This document shows, one piece after another, positions 45,782 to 55,922 of a stretch of DNA of 64,000 bases. The notes beneath the pieces are model-generated. The model saw nothing but the letters and a program-made list of their open reading frames with translations. It was not told the DNA's origin and did not search any database. Source of the DNA: Planctomycetota bacterium. GTDB taxonomy: Bacteria > Planctomycetota > GCA-002687715 > DRQF01. Where the stretch lies: assembly GCA_027001995.1 (NCBI GenBank), contig JALTLO010000064.1, positions 1 to 64,000 of the forward strand. Reading direction: 5' to 3'. Position 1 is the stretch's first letter. The number at the start of each line of letters is the position of its first letter. The position numbers and the translations under genes were made by a program.

Positions 45782-48700
45782 ATGTTCGGTGTGGTCCAAA
45801 AATTAGGGATTGCTCTCGTCTTCGTCCTTTTGGCTTCGTTTGCTTCGGGGCAAACCCCAGGGCGCTTTCATTTTGACCGACATTCCTTCGAATTTGAAAG
45901 TTGGACGAAGGCAAATGGACTCCCTCAAGATTCTGTCAATTGCATGGAACAAACCGCAGATGGTTACTTGTGGGTAGGCACATTCGGCGGCTTGGCTCGT
46001 TTTGATGGCCACACCTTTCGGCAATTCAACGTTTCGAATACACCCCTTTTTCCCAGCAACAGAATCCTCTCCTTAGAAGAGTCAAAAAGTAGTGGGCTTT
46101 GGATTGGTACCCAAGAATCGGGATTGGCTTTTCTAAAAGATGGTGAGATTCAATTTGCTCTTACGGTCGAGAAGGTTGGGTCCATTCTGTTTCTCAAAGA
46201 AGATCGAGATGGTGTTCTTTGGATCGGTGGCTCAAGCGGGCTTTTCTCTTTGCAAGAAGGGCGCCTTGTTTCAGGTCACCGTTGGCCCGTGCTTGACCTC
46301 AAATTGGACGACCAAGGGCAATGTTGGGAAGCGAGCGAACGGGGTCTCGCACGATTGTCCGCCAAATCAAGAACGGTTCGTTATTTGTCGAAAGACCATC
46401 TGCGGATCATCCAGTTTGATGTCAATGGCAAGCTTTGGGCTTTTGGTCCGAAGACGATCGCGACCTTGGACCATGGGGCTTTGGTCAAACGATCTCATTC
46501 TTTCGGCTATGAGCCTCGGGCGGTGGTGTTTTTTGATGGCGGCGAGTTTGCTATTGCTTCCGATGATGCTCTTGATTTGTTTACCCTTCCATTGATCCCT
46601 CCAAGGGGCGGTGTCCCTGTCATCGGGATGCCTCGTCGGATTCTTCAGCGCAGAGTGAGAAATCGATCTCTCCACTGTGATGTCGCCAAGAACATATGGA
46701 TAGGCACCAATGAAAACGGTCTTATTCGCGCCCGGGCGGTTCCATTCCAGAAGCTGGGATTGGCCTATGGCAATAGGGCGCCGCGATCGGCAAAGAAAAT
46801 TACCACCGGAATTAAGGGGCCATGGGTGACCGCAGATGGTGCGATCCTCCTCAATTGGACTGGGCGAGAATTCACCCCAGTGCAAGTTCGGGAGGATGGC
46901 GAAGTTGTTCGCCATTCTGTCCTTGTGGGGTCGACCGCAGATGGTTCAATTTTCTTGTGGAATGGAAGTGCCATCAAGCGCGTTCGGGACGAGCAGGTTG
47001 TGGCGAGCACGCCTTTGCCTGAGATCCCCAGTGGCCTTACTCGTGACGATCAAGGACGGCTCTGGACTGGTATCAAAAACGCGGTGGTTTGCTTTGGCGA
47101 AGGCCAAACGTTCCATGTTCCCGTTGCCAACACGGGCCAAATAAGAGTCAAGAGAATTGAAGCTGATGTGAGCCAAAAAATCTGGTTCCTGTATGCCAAT
47201 GGCATCGGACATGTGATGGATGGTTATGTCACCACCTATCCGATAATGAAGGATTCTGGTGGGCCATGCCGTGACATGGTTAGAGACAAGAATGGTGACA
47301 TTTGGATCGCCACCTACGGCCGGGGCTTGATCCGGTTCCGTGATGGTACTTTCTTTTTCTATGGTCCTAATGAGGGAATGAAAGAATTGTGCCTGGGCGG
47401 GCTATTAGTCGAAGATGATGTTTTATGGGTCAATAGCAATTCTGGGGCATTCGAATTGTCCATTTCGAATCTCAACGAAATTGCTTCAGGAGATGCCCGC
47501 CGCGTTCTTATGCGCCTTTATGAAACTGGAGAATGCAATGGCCCGGGAATCATACGAGGGCCCCAGGGAAGAATCTGGTTGCCGACCATGTCCGGTGTGA
47601 CTGTCTTGAATGCAAATGGGGCAAAACCAGACCTAATACGTCCCCGTGTTTTTGTTGAAACGATCACTGTTGATCGAGACATCTTGGCAATCTCAAACAA
47701 AGAAGTCGTGATTGAACCAGGCCGGCGAGATATTGAGTTTGGTTTCACCGGAACAACGGCCGGCTTGAGTTCGCGGGTCACTTTTCTTTTTCGCTTGATT
47801 GGGCATGTTGACGAATGGGTGGGTGCCGATGTTCGGCGATCAGCCTATTTCAGCGACCTGGCTCCAGGGAGCTACACTTTCGAAGTCGTGGCGGTGAATG
47901 GGTCTGGTTTGCGGAGTGCAGAGCCAGCCAAGGTTACATTGCGGGTATTGCCTTTTTACTATCAAACGACGTGGTTCCGCGTTTTGGTTGTCGGTTTGAT
48001 CGCTGCTCTCGTTTGGGGGTTCTTCAATATACGGCTTCGGGCAGTTCAGCGAAAAAACGAAGAGCATGCTCGCATCGCGGAGGGATTGCGAGAGACAAGG
48101 CGATTAGAATCTGTTGGTCGCTTGGCAAACGGTATTGCTCATGACTTCAATAACGTCCTAACGGCGATTCTCGGGAGTGCCGAATTATTGGGGCGTGCCC
48201 CGCAAGTCATGTACGACAGCCAGCTGACTGAGCATGTCGAAATGCTTGAGGATTGTGCAGCCCGGGGGGCATCACTTGTTCGCCAACTCTTAGCGTTCAG
48301 TCGGCAACAGGTCTTGCTGCCGATGGTTTTTGAAGTAGATGAAGTGATTGGCGAGCTCAAAGCCATGCTTCAGCGCTTGCTCCCCGATGATGTCCGTCTT
48401 TCGACTGACTTGAATGCCAAGGGGAAGATGATCGATGCTGACCGCACGCAGATTGAACAGGTGGTCATGAATCTGATTCTCAATGCCCGCGATGCCATGC
48501 CCAATGGGGGCACCATTGTTGTTGCCACAAGGGTCGCGCAGCAAGCCGTCGAAGGTGAAAGGGGCTCGTCACAATCTTGGTTGGAGATTGCGGTCACGGA
48601 CACCGGACGAGGGATCCCAAGGGATGTCTTGCCTCGTATTTTTGAACCGTTCTATACCACCAAGAACGAATCTCATGGAACAGGGCTGGGGCTGGCGTCG

Positions 48701-49222
48701 GTTCAGGGTATCGTTCTTCAATCAAAGGGTTTGATCACGGTGGACAGCGATGAGAGTGTGGGCACGACTTTCAGAGTCTTGTTGCCATTGGTGGGCGGGA
48801 AGCAAGACTTGGACGACATAGAGATCCATGACGAGCTGAAGGGATCTGGCAACATCATTATCTGCCAAAGTGATGAACAATGGTTGATTCAGATGCGGAA
48901 GAGCTTGGATGCTCACGGTTATCACGTACGTGCGACCATGCGTCCCTTAGAGGCCATGATTGTCGCCATGGACTGCCGCCACCTTGATCTTTTGATCGTC
49001 GGTGGAGAAATGCCTCAGGTCGGTGCGGGGAAGCTCTCTGATTCCATTAAGAAACGTCACCAAGGTCTGCAGACTCTCCATTTGTCCACCCTTTCCAAGG
49101 CCGAGAGCCTGCCAGCAACGGGGGCCGTGCTTCCCTCCATATCCCCAAGAGATCTTTTGGTCTTGGTTCATGAGATTCTCGTACTGAAGAGTTCGCCCAA
49201 TTTGACTAAGAATCTCCAATAA
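45782..49222 (+). CDS. Hybrid histidine kinase with beta-propeller/Y_Y_Y sensor and degenerate REC domain
   Basis: Reg_prop repeats (DGYLWVGTFGGLARFDG), Y_Y_Y (YFSDLAPGSYTFEV), TM, H-box IAHDFNN, NARDAM and GTGLGL. Confidence 0.92.
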   Translation: MFGVVQKLGIALVFVLLASFASGQTPGRFHFDRHSFEFESWTKANGLPQDSVNCMEQTADGYLWVGTFGGLARFDGHTFRQFNVSNTPLFPSNRILSLEESKSSGLWIGTQESGLAFLKDGEIQFALTVEKVGSILFLKEDRDGVLWIGGSSGLFSLQEGRLVSGHRWPVLDLKLDDQGQCWEASERGLARLSAKSRTVRYLSKDHLRIIQFDVNGKLWAFGPKTIATLDHGALVKRSHSFGYEPRAVVFFDGGEFAIASDDALDLFTLPLIPPRGGVPVIGMPRRILQRRVRNRSLHCDVAKNIWIGTNENGLIRARAVPFQKLGLAYGNRAPRSAKKITTGIKGPWVTADGAILLNWTGREFTPVQVREDGEVVRHSVLVGSTADGSIFLWNGSAIKRVRDEQVVASTPLPEIPSGLTRDDQGRLWTGIKNAVVCFGEGQTFHVPVANTGQIRVKRIEADVSQKIWFLYANGIGHVMDGYVTTYPIMKDSGGPCRDMVRDKNGDIWIATYGRGLIRFRDGTFFFYGPNEGMKELCLGGLLVEDDVLWVNSNSGAFELSISNLNEIASGDARRVLMRLYETGECNGPGIIRGPQGRIWLPTMSGVTVLNANGAKPDLIRPRVFVETITVDRDILAISNKEVVIEPGRRDIEFGFTGTTAGLSSRVTFLFRLIGHVDEWVGADVRRSAYFSDLAPGSYTFEVVAVNGSGLRSAEPAKVTLRVLPFYYQTTWFRVLVVGLIAALVWGFFNIRLRAVQRKNEEHARIAEGLRETRRLESVGRLANGIAHDFNNVLTAILGSAELLGRAPQVMYDSQLTEHVEMLEDCAARGASLVRQLLAFSRQQVLLPMVFEVDEVIGELKAMLQRLLPDDVRLSTDLNAKGKMIDADRTQIEQVVMNLILNARDAMPNGGTIVVATRVAQQAVEGERGSSQSWLEIAVTDTGRGIPRDVLPRIFEPFYTTKNESHGTGLGLASVQGIVLQSKGLITVDSDESVGTTFRVLLPLVGGKQDLDDIEIHDELKGSGNIIICQSDEQWLIQMRKSLDAHGYHVRATMRPLEAMIVAMDCRHLDLLIVGGEMPQVGAGKLSDSIKKRHQGLQTLHLSTLSKAESLPATGAVLPSISPRDLLVLVHEILVLKSSPNLTKNLQ

Positions 49223-49278
49223 ATCAGGGGAAGCCTCCGTGACTAATCTGGGCGAAAGGCGTATTCTGTCTTTCAGAC

Positions 49279-50499
49279 ATGTCACACCACTACGCTAAAT
49301 TCTTCAAACGCCCGGGGGTTCGACGGGGGGTTCTTGTCGTGCTCTTGGTATTCATCCCTCAGCTATTTTTCCAGCTGCATGTCGTTGAGGGCCCAAGCAT
49401 GTGGCCGACCTTCAATGATGGTGTCTCTCGGGAATGGGTGGTGTCTCTTCGAAGTTGGATTGATCGCGATCCAGAAATCTACGACATCATGGTGATCGAA
49501 GACCCAGAGCGTCCAGGTGAGCATGTCGTGAAGCGGGTGGTGGCTCTACCTGGAGACCTGCCGAACGTGGTGGACGGCGACTTGCGTGTTCGTTCCCTTG
49601 GTCTCGATCAAGAGTGGTTTCTCAAGCGGAATCTTGACCAAATCCTGATGACGAGCGTGCCTTTTATGGACATTGAACACATGCATAGCCGCTTGTCTGG
49701 ATCAGGATGGGAGACCACCCAGGGACTTCCCCTTGCCCTGGTGCCTATCGAGGGCGCTTGTTCTGTGGCGGATGAAGGGGGATTTCTCAAACTTGAGCCT
49801 GGAAAAGAGCAATGTCAGGTCCGGATTCCTGAGGGCAACATTGTCGACAACCACAAAACAGCGACGGGGACCCTTGCCCGAGGTAAGAACATCGTCCGGG
49901 ATTTGGTGATTTCATTTGGGCTCTATGATGCCCTTCAAATTCCGAAAGGAACCCGTTTTCTGTTGGAGCACTTTTGTGGCTCGGAGGAAAAGCCAGCGGC
50001 GTCCCTGGCGTTGACCACCACAGCAACGGGGCTCAAGATTGTGCTCTCAGAGGACGGAAAACCGAGTTTTGACAAGACAATCGGTCGACTGGACCATGCC
50101 TCTTTGCGTCTGGTATGGGTGGATGATGTGCAGGCGCTCTTGATGCGTCCCAGGCCATCAGACGACTTCGAGCTGTTGTTCCAGGGCTCTCGGCAGCCCA
50201 TTCTGAAACCGGGCAAAAGCTATCTAAAGCTTTTGTGCGAAGGTGGTTCCGTCATTCTGTCTCATCTTGACATCGACCGGGACATCCACTACACTTTGAC
50301 CATCGACCAGATGGAGGCCCAAGATCTTGTGGGGCCATCAAATGAGGCGCAAGTGCCCCCAGACAAGTATTACTTGTTGGGTGATAACAGTCCTCAGAGT
50401 CGTGACAGTCGGCAATGGCCTACAACAGCGCCATTTCAAGTTGAAGGTCGTCCCATCTTGGTGGTGTGGCCTTGGAGCCGGATTCGCAAACTCCCCTGA
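49279..50499 (+). CDS. lepB: Signal peptidase I with large internal insertion
   Basis: GPSMWPT (Ser), VVKRVV (Lys) and GDNSPQSRDSR (box E). Confidence 0.88.
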   Translation: MSHHYAKFFKRPGVRRGVLVVLLVFIPQLFFQLHVVEGPSMWPTFNDGVSREWVVSLRSWIDRDPEIYDIMVIEDPERPGEHVVKRVVALPGDLPNVVDGDLRVRSLGLDQEWFLKRNLDQILMTSVPFMDIEHMHSRLSGSGWETTQGLPLALVPIEGACSVADEGGFLKLEPGKEQCQVRIPEGNIVDNHKTATGTLARGKNIVRDLVISFGLYDALQIPKGTRFLLEHFCGSEEKPAASLALTTTATGLKIVLSEDGKPSFDKTIGRLDHASLRLVWVDDVQALLMRPRPSDDFELLFQGSRQPILKPGKSYLKLLCEGGSVILSHLDIDRDIHYTLTIDQMEAQDLVGPSNEAQVPPDKYYLLGDNSPQSRDSRQWPTTAPFQVEGRPILVVWPWSRIRKLP

Positions 50500-50524
50500 A
50501 GTCAGGGACGAAGGACGGATTTCT

Positions 50525-51661
50525 ATGGGTAGTTGGTTGAAACGGCAAAAAGCAGATCCGATTCCATGGTTGATGGAAAAGGCATGTCCGCCGATTCGCT
50601 ACCGAATTCAGACTGAAATCCAGAACCTTCCAGCCGATGACGTGGATGTCATGGCCACCAGGAATGAGTCCTATAACTACAAGCCCCCCTATTCTACATC
50701 CACCACCCAAAGCGACGATGGCACTTGGTTCACTTCCCTTGCGGGCTTCGAGACACTGAACGTGAGTCGTGGTCGCGGGCCTGGGACCTTGTATCAATAT
50801 CGATCTCTCATTGAGTACGGTTGGGGCACGGATCATCCCATCGTTTGGCGCACCTCAGAGCTTTTGCAAGGCCTGCTTTGGCAAGACCCAGGTGTTGATC
50901 TTTGCGAGCTCAAGGGCTACTGCGGCGGCGATCCAGGGGTTGAGTCTTATTTACGCAAGATGCTGTCTCACCATGCTCTTGCCTTGTTGTCGCGCTCTCA
51001 TTTTCACGACGACATTGGTGTCAAACGAAAGACGGCAGAACTTCTAGATGAGCTGGATGCTTTCTATCAGGGTGATATCCACAAGAAAATCTACACCGGT
51101 GAACTCACCCGTGTGATTGAGACCGAAGATGGACCAGCAGACGAAGTCTGTGCGGTCATCTCCCCCGACGCCATCCGTCCAGAACAGTGGCTGTTCATCC
51201 TCTTCGGCCATAGTCCGTCCTTGCGCTCTGACCAACGAGCCCAAGAGATTTTGGGGCGAGTCGTTCAGTACATGTTTACCCACCCTCACCCAGAAGTCGA
51301 GGTGTTGGAAGTGGGTGGCAAGGTTTTTGACCGTTACATGGAATTCACCATTCGTAATCTTGAGCAAAAGGACTACGAAGAGAAGAAGCTTGTGGGTCGC
51401 TTGCTTCAGGAGCTTGAGTTCTTGGCTCGGGCCGGCGTTCTTGAAGACATACCTAAGGCCAAGGCTCTTCTGGAATGGTTGATTGGCTTGCAAGACGAAG
51501 AAGGTGTGGTGCGCGCCGAAGAATTCGTTGAAAAAGCTGGTCACCGTCTCGATTACTCTTACTTCCCATTGGAGGACAACTGGCGCGGGAAGCATAAGAA
51601 GTTTACTGACGTGACTTTCCGACTCCTCCTCATCCTCACCATCCTGGACTCAAACAGCTAA
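50525..51661 (+). CDS. Hypothetical protein, possibly prenyltransferase/alpha-alpha toroid fold
   Basis: Start at ATG 50525; DPIPWLME, QSDDGTW and WLIGLQDEEG resemble QW-type repeats. Confidence 0.6.
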   Translation: MGSWLKRQKADPIPWLMEKACPPIRYRIQTEIQNLPADDVDVMATRNESYNYKPPYSTSTTQSDDGTWFTSLAGFETLNVSRGRGPGTLYQYRSLIEYGWGTDHPIVWRTSELLQGLLWQDPGVDLCELKGYCGGDPGVESYLRKMLSHHALALLSRSHFHDDIGVKRKTAELLDELDAFYQGDIHKKIYTGELTRVIETEDGPADEVCAVISPDAIRPEQWLFILFGHSPSLRSDQRAQEILGRVVQYMFTHPHPEVEVLEVGGKVFDRYMEFTIRNLEQKDYEEKKLVGRLLQELEFLARAGVLEDIPKAKALLEWLIGLQDEEGVVRAEEFVEKAGHRLDYSYFPLEDNWRGKHKKFTDVTFRLLLILTILDSNS

Positions 51662-51883
51662 AATCACAGCATTTTTTGCGGAACAGTCACCTTTGCTTGG
51701 GGTTAGACTGTTGCATGGGTAATCGCTGGCCGAGTCGAAATAGCGATCCATGGACGAGTCCAAGGGGTTTTGGCTGTCATTCCCCTTGGCTTCTCCAAAA
51801 TGAGCCGGATGAGTGGCGTTGAATGGCCACTCTGGCCTCCAATCAGGAGGTATTCTTCGCCTTTAAGCTTGGTGTTGTGAGTC

Positions 51884-52513
51884 ATGCAAGACAAATATCT
51901 CGATGACAAGGACGTTCAGCTCATGCTGCGGGTCCGGGACGGAGACGACGGGGCATTTGCCGCGCTTGTTGATCGTCATGCATCGATGCTAGTGAACTTC
52001 ATGTATCGCTACGTTGGATGCAGAAGCACTGGCGAAGACTTGGCCCAGGATGTATTCATGCGTGTCATCAAAGCTGCCCCCAACTACGAACCGAAGGCTC
52101 GATTCAAGACTTGGATTTTGACGATTGCCACCAATATATGTTTGAACCGCAAGCGTTGGGAAAAGCACAGAAACCACTTGTCTTTGAGCCAAAGCGACGA
52201 TGACATGGGACCTCGCAGCAACAATGAAATCGATGTGCGCGTGGAGGAGCCAGAGGTGGCTATGGAAGTGGAAGAACTCAAGGAGAGAGTGAGAGAAGCT
52301 ATCGCCGATCTACCCGAAAAGCAGCGGGTGGCCATTTTGCTCCGTCGCTATGAAGGTTTGTCTTATGCCGAAATCGCTACAAGTTTAGAGCTCTCGTTGA
52401 TGGCCGTGAAGTCGCTTCTCAATCGAGCGAAAGACGGACTCAAAGATCGACTCAGCCACGACATCGAAGCCTGGTACCCTCAGGGGATGGCCGTAGATCG
52501 CGGAACAGAATAA
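51884..52513 (+). CDS. ECF RNA polymerase sigma factor (RpoE/SigW-like)
   Basis: EDLAQDVF, FKTWILTIATN and LPEKQR...GLSYAEIA motifs. Confidence 0.93.
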   Translation: MQDKYLDDKDVQLMLRVRDGDDGAFAALVDRHASMLVNFMYRYVGCRSTGEDLAQDVFMRVIKAAPNYEPKARFKTWILTIATNICLNRKRWEKHRNHLSLSQSDDDMGPRSNNEIDVRVEEPEVAMEVEELKERVREAIADLPEKQRVAILLRRYEGLSYAEIATSLELSLMAVKSLLNRAKDGLKDRLSHDIEAWYPQGMAVDRGTE

Positions 52514-52524
52514 GAGATCAGAAA

Positions 52525-52938
52525 ATGAACAACAAATTTGATCAACAACAATCACGATTCGGTCCCGATGATGACATGGGATCAAAGTTCGACCCAGAAG
52601 ATGAAGCTCTGTGGCAACTCATGGGTGTCTTGGATGACGTGGAGCCCAGCTCCGCTTTGCTGACAAAAGTTAAGAACGGCGCCGGGGCCAAAGCCTCTCC
52701 GGTTTTGCCTTTCTATCGGCTGGGTTGGGTTCAAGCAGCGGCTGCTGTTTTGCTTGTGGCTCTGACAATCGCTTTTTGGAGAAGTGCCGATCAGAACCGG
52801 GGAACAACTCCCGCTGGCAATGATGTTGTGGAGTACCAAGGAGTCATGGAATTGCTCGGTGGCCTGAGCGACGCAGATGTCTTGGTGTTGGAAGCGAACG
52901 AAACTGAAATTGTCCAAGCTGATTGGTTTGGTGGCTGA
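52525..52938 (+). CDS. Probable single-TM anti-sigma factor
   Basis: Directly downstream of the ECF sigma; short acidic N-domain and a WVQAAAAVLLV TM helix. Confidence 0.65.
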   Translation: MNNKFDQQQSRFGPDDDMGSKFDPEDEALWQLMGVLDDVEPSSALLTKVKNGAGAKASPVLPFYRLGWVQAAAAVLLVALTIAFWRSADQNRGTTPAGNDVVEYQGVMELLGGLSDADVLVLEANETEIVQADWFGG

Positions 52939-54473
52939 TGACCATGAGAACTTTCGCCCTTATTTTCACCTATGGTTTTATTCTGCTCATGGCATCTGCC
53001 GTTGTGACTCCTGCTCAGCGAATGCATCGAGCACCCCGTTATATGACGGAGCAAGATCATGAAGCGAGGCGCGCCTTCGTTTCGGAAGTGGTGGCAGAGC
53101 TGAAACGCAGTCTGGGTGAAAAGCTCAAGCAGGCCATGTTGGTGCGATTTGAAGGGATGGCGCGCCTCGTGGCAAGGCGCTTGAGCCCTGATGAGCTGAA
53201 GTTATTGCGCAGCAAACCAATTTCAGTGCAAGTGAAGGAAGTGGCCGCTCGCTGGAAACAAGATCAATTGCAGGCGGCTCAACGTTTCATCAAAAGGCAA
53301 TCAAAGGAAGTGGCAAGGGAATTGCTGTCGCTCGAGCCAGAGGCTCGTGATCGGCGCATTGCTGAGCTGAAGATTGAAGCCACTCTTGAGCGGGCCATTC
53401 GAGCAGCGGAGAAACATCAGCTCATCCAAACCGAAGAAGCTGATCGCTTGCGGGGTCTCTCTTCTGATCAACAACTCAAAGAATCTGGGCGTCTGAATCG
53501 GCTGGTGTTCTTTGCCATGCATGGCGAGGAGCTAAGCAAAGAGGAAAAGGCCCGTCTCGAAAAACTCTCTTCGAGCCAATTCTGGCGTGACCGAACAGTG
53601 AGACGTTTTCGACTCCTCCGTCATTTGGATCGCACAGAGCTGGCGAAACTGAGAAAACTCGGTGGCGAAGATCGGACGAAGCTGTTTCGTGCTTTGCGTT
53701 CGGGGAAGGGCATCGAGAGCTTGGCAAAGATGGGGATCTTGAGCGAGACCGCTGCTGCCAATTGGGCCAAAATGAAAGCCAGTGATCGGCGCCGTTTGTT
53801 GCGGGACCTCATGCGGGTCTATCTTCCTCAAGGAAGTCGAGGCTTACGTCCCTCTAGGCGTTTGATGGAGCAAATGAGCCCGGAGGAAAGGCAGCAATTG
53901 GCGATGATGAACGCCAAGGAACGCCTTCAATTTCTCAAGAAAAAGTTTCCTCAAGAGAACTGGGACCGCCAAGAGAAACTGCGAAAGCTCAAGAGTCGAA
54001 TCGATGATCAGCTCAAAGGACTGAATCGCCGAGATCGTTATCGGATTCATGCCAGTATGCCCACCGTGGCCAAGAAAGTGCTGAAGGAGAAACTATCCTT
54101 AAGCGAAGAGGCTGCCGAGAGTCTGGTTGAACAAATGGAAGCAGTTCAGTGGTTTCGCAGTGTTGTTCCTTCTTCCTACCAGCTCCGAGCAAAACTCAAG
54201 GGCCCAGAGCGCAAGAAGCTGCGAGACATGAAGACGAAAGATCAGGTCGACTTCTTGTTTCAGAAGTTTCCCAAACTTCTCAATGAGCAAGCGGAAGGCC
54301 AATTGCGTCTGGGGAAGATTGCTTTGCCCGAAGGTTGGGTCACGTGGTCCGGGTCCAAAAAGGTGATTTTCCTCAATGAAAAGCAACTTCGCATGCCTTG
54401 GGCTCACGGGGCGACGAGGCGAGGCCCTCATCGCAGAATGGAAGAACGCTCCAGGAAACCGCGGCGACAATAG
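52938..54473 (+). CDS. Secreted basic helical-repeat protein (DUF3106-like)
   Basis: Signal peptide; repeated LSxEER/WxxMxxxxR helices; start overlaps the anti-sigma stop (TGATG). Confidence 0.65.
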   Translation: MTMRTFALIFTYGFILLMASAVVTPAQRMHRAPRYMTEQDHEARRAFVSEVVAELKRSLGEKLKQAMLVRFEGMARLVARRLSPDELKLLRSKPISVQVKEVAARWKQDQLQAAQRFIKRQSKEVARELLSLEPEARDRRIAELKIEATLERAIRAAEKHQLIQTEEADRLRGLSSDQQLKESGRLNRLVFFAMHGEELSKEEKARLEKLSSSQFWRDRTVRRFRLLRHLDRTELAKLRKLGGEDRTKLFRALRSGKGIESLAKMGILSETAAANWAKMKASDRRRLLRDLMRVYLPQGSRGLRPSRRLMEQMSPEERQQLAMMNAKERLQFLKKKFPQENWDRQEKLRKLKSRIDDQLKGLNRRDRYRIHASMPTVAKKVLKEKLSLSEEAAESLVEQMEAVQWFRSVVPSSYQLRAKLKGPERKKLRDMKTKDQVDFLFQKFPKLLNEQAEGQLRLGKIALPEGWVTWSGSKKVIFLNEKQLRMPWAHGATRRGPHRRMEERSRKPRRQ

Positions 54474-54623
54474 ATCGAGATTTCCATACCACGGACATCT
54501 TTTTCCTAGACAGGAAAAACAAAACACAAACGATGCTCCCCCAGCCCTCCCCAGGGCCGTATAATGACAACTGATGGACGGATGACGCAATCCGTCCATT
54601 GCCATTGGGATTAGGAGCTCGTC

Positions 54624-55889
54624 GTGAAAATAGCCAACCTCGTCATAGTCATCATCTTAGGGCAGATTCTCATCCATTCTGCAGGAGCTCAGCAAGCTCT
54701 TAGCAAGCAAGATCAGGTGGTTCGTGACGCCTACAAGGAGATCGAAGCCAGTCGATCGGCTATGGATGGAGAAATCAGCGACGAAGAACGCAGCAAACGT
54801 ATGAAAGCATTTCAGGAATCCTGCCGAAAATTCGTTTCGACCTATGAGGGGCAAGCAGACAAGCTCAAGGAGGGGCTTTTTGACCTGGGAAGAGCGGCGA
54901 TCCAGAGTTTTTCTCCGGAGCGTGCCATCGACTTTTTGACTGCTTTTCTCTTGAAAAACAAAACCTCTCCGGAACGTGGGGAGGCGACGATGTTTTTGGG
55001 CGATGCTCTGCGCTCGGTCAATAAACCGAAACAAGCGGTGGCTCTGTACAAAGAATTCATCAAAGTAAACCCCAAGAGCCCACTGTTACCGCCGGCTCGT
55101 TTGGGTCTTGCTACTTCTTACTTCTTGTCTTTAGAGTTTGACAAGGCCGTCGAGCAATACCGGGCTATCATGGCTCAGTATCCCAAGCATGAAGTGCGTG
55201 GTGACGCTGCCTTTCAGCTTCTCAACGCCCTCGTCTATGCTGGAGACTATGATGGGGCGCGGGCTCACCTTGCAACCCTGAGAAAAGAAGCACCTGAAGC
55301 GCCGGAGTTGGCACAGAAAGCCAAGCAATACGAGATCTTGGGACGGCCTGCCCCAGAGTTGACCGGTGTTGTGGCTTGGAAAGGGCAACCTGGCACCAGC
55401 GTAGCGCGGATGCAAGGTCGGGTCTTGGTCCTTTGTTTTTTTATGATGAAGAACATCCCCTGCGCCCGGACTTTGCAGTCTTTGTCGACCATGGAAAGAG
55501 ATCTTCGTGTGGAAGGTGTGACAGTTTGGGGTTTGACAAAGACCTACAAGGCTGGCCGGGGCAACTGGACTGTTGATCTCGAGGCGAAACTTCTCAACAC
55601 CTATCGTCAGAACCCTCGCTTTGCTTTGCAAAAAATGCTGCGTTACACACCCAAAGGTGATGAGAACGAAGCCAAGGTTTGGGGACCTTTGGAGAAAGCA
55701 ATCACCGTGACTCTTGGTCTGACAAAGGATACCTCAGCTTTGATGGCCTATCGGGTGAGGCGAGTTCCGACAATTATTGTCATCGACAAAGCGGGCAAGG
55801 TGCGCTTGGTGGAAGAGGGCGGCCAACCTGAAGGCGGCTTTCAGAGTCAAATGCTCAAGCGATTGGTGCGCCGGATCGCTGTTGAGTAA
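54624..55889 (+). CDS. Secreted TPR protein with C-terminal TlpA/redoxin-like domain
   Basis: AGGAG RBS and GTG start; signal peptide; TPRs; GRPAPEL...GRVLVLCF...VPTIIVIDKAGKVR. Confidence 0.8.
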   Translation: MKIANLVIVIILGQILIHSAGAQQALSKQDQVVRDAYKEIEASRSAMDGEISDEERSKRMKAFQESCRKFVSTYEGQADKLKEGLFDLGRAAIQSFSPERAIDFLTAFLLKNKTSPERGEATMFLGDALRSVNKPKQAVALYKEFIKVNPKSPLLPPARLGLATSYFLSLEFDKAVEQYRAIMAQYPKHEVRGDAAFQLLNALVYAGDYDGARAHLATLRKEAPEAPELAQKAKQYEILGRPAPELTGVVAWKGQPGTSVARMQGRVLVLCFFMMKNIPCARTLQSLSTMERDLRVEGVTVWGLTKTYKAGRGNWTVDLEAKLLNTYRQNPRFALQKMLRYTPKGDENEAKVWGPLEKAITVTLGLTKDTSALMAYRVRRVPTIIVIDKAGKVRLVEEGGQPEGGFQSQMLKRLVRRIAVE

Positions 55890-55922
55890 GTGCAGCGTCA
55901 GGAACGTGCGGAACAACTTGAG

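Noticed and set aside
50327..50524. N-terminal extension of the 50327-51661 ORF
   Set aside because: It overlaps lepB by more than 170 nt. The ATG at 50525 is the more plausible start.
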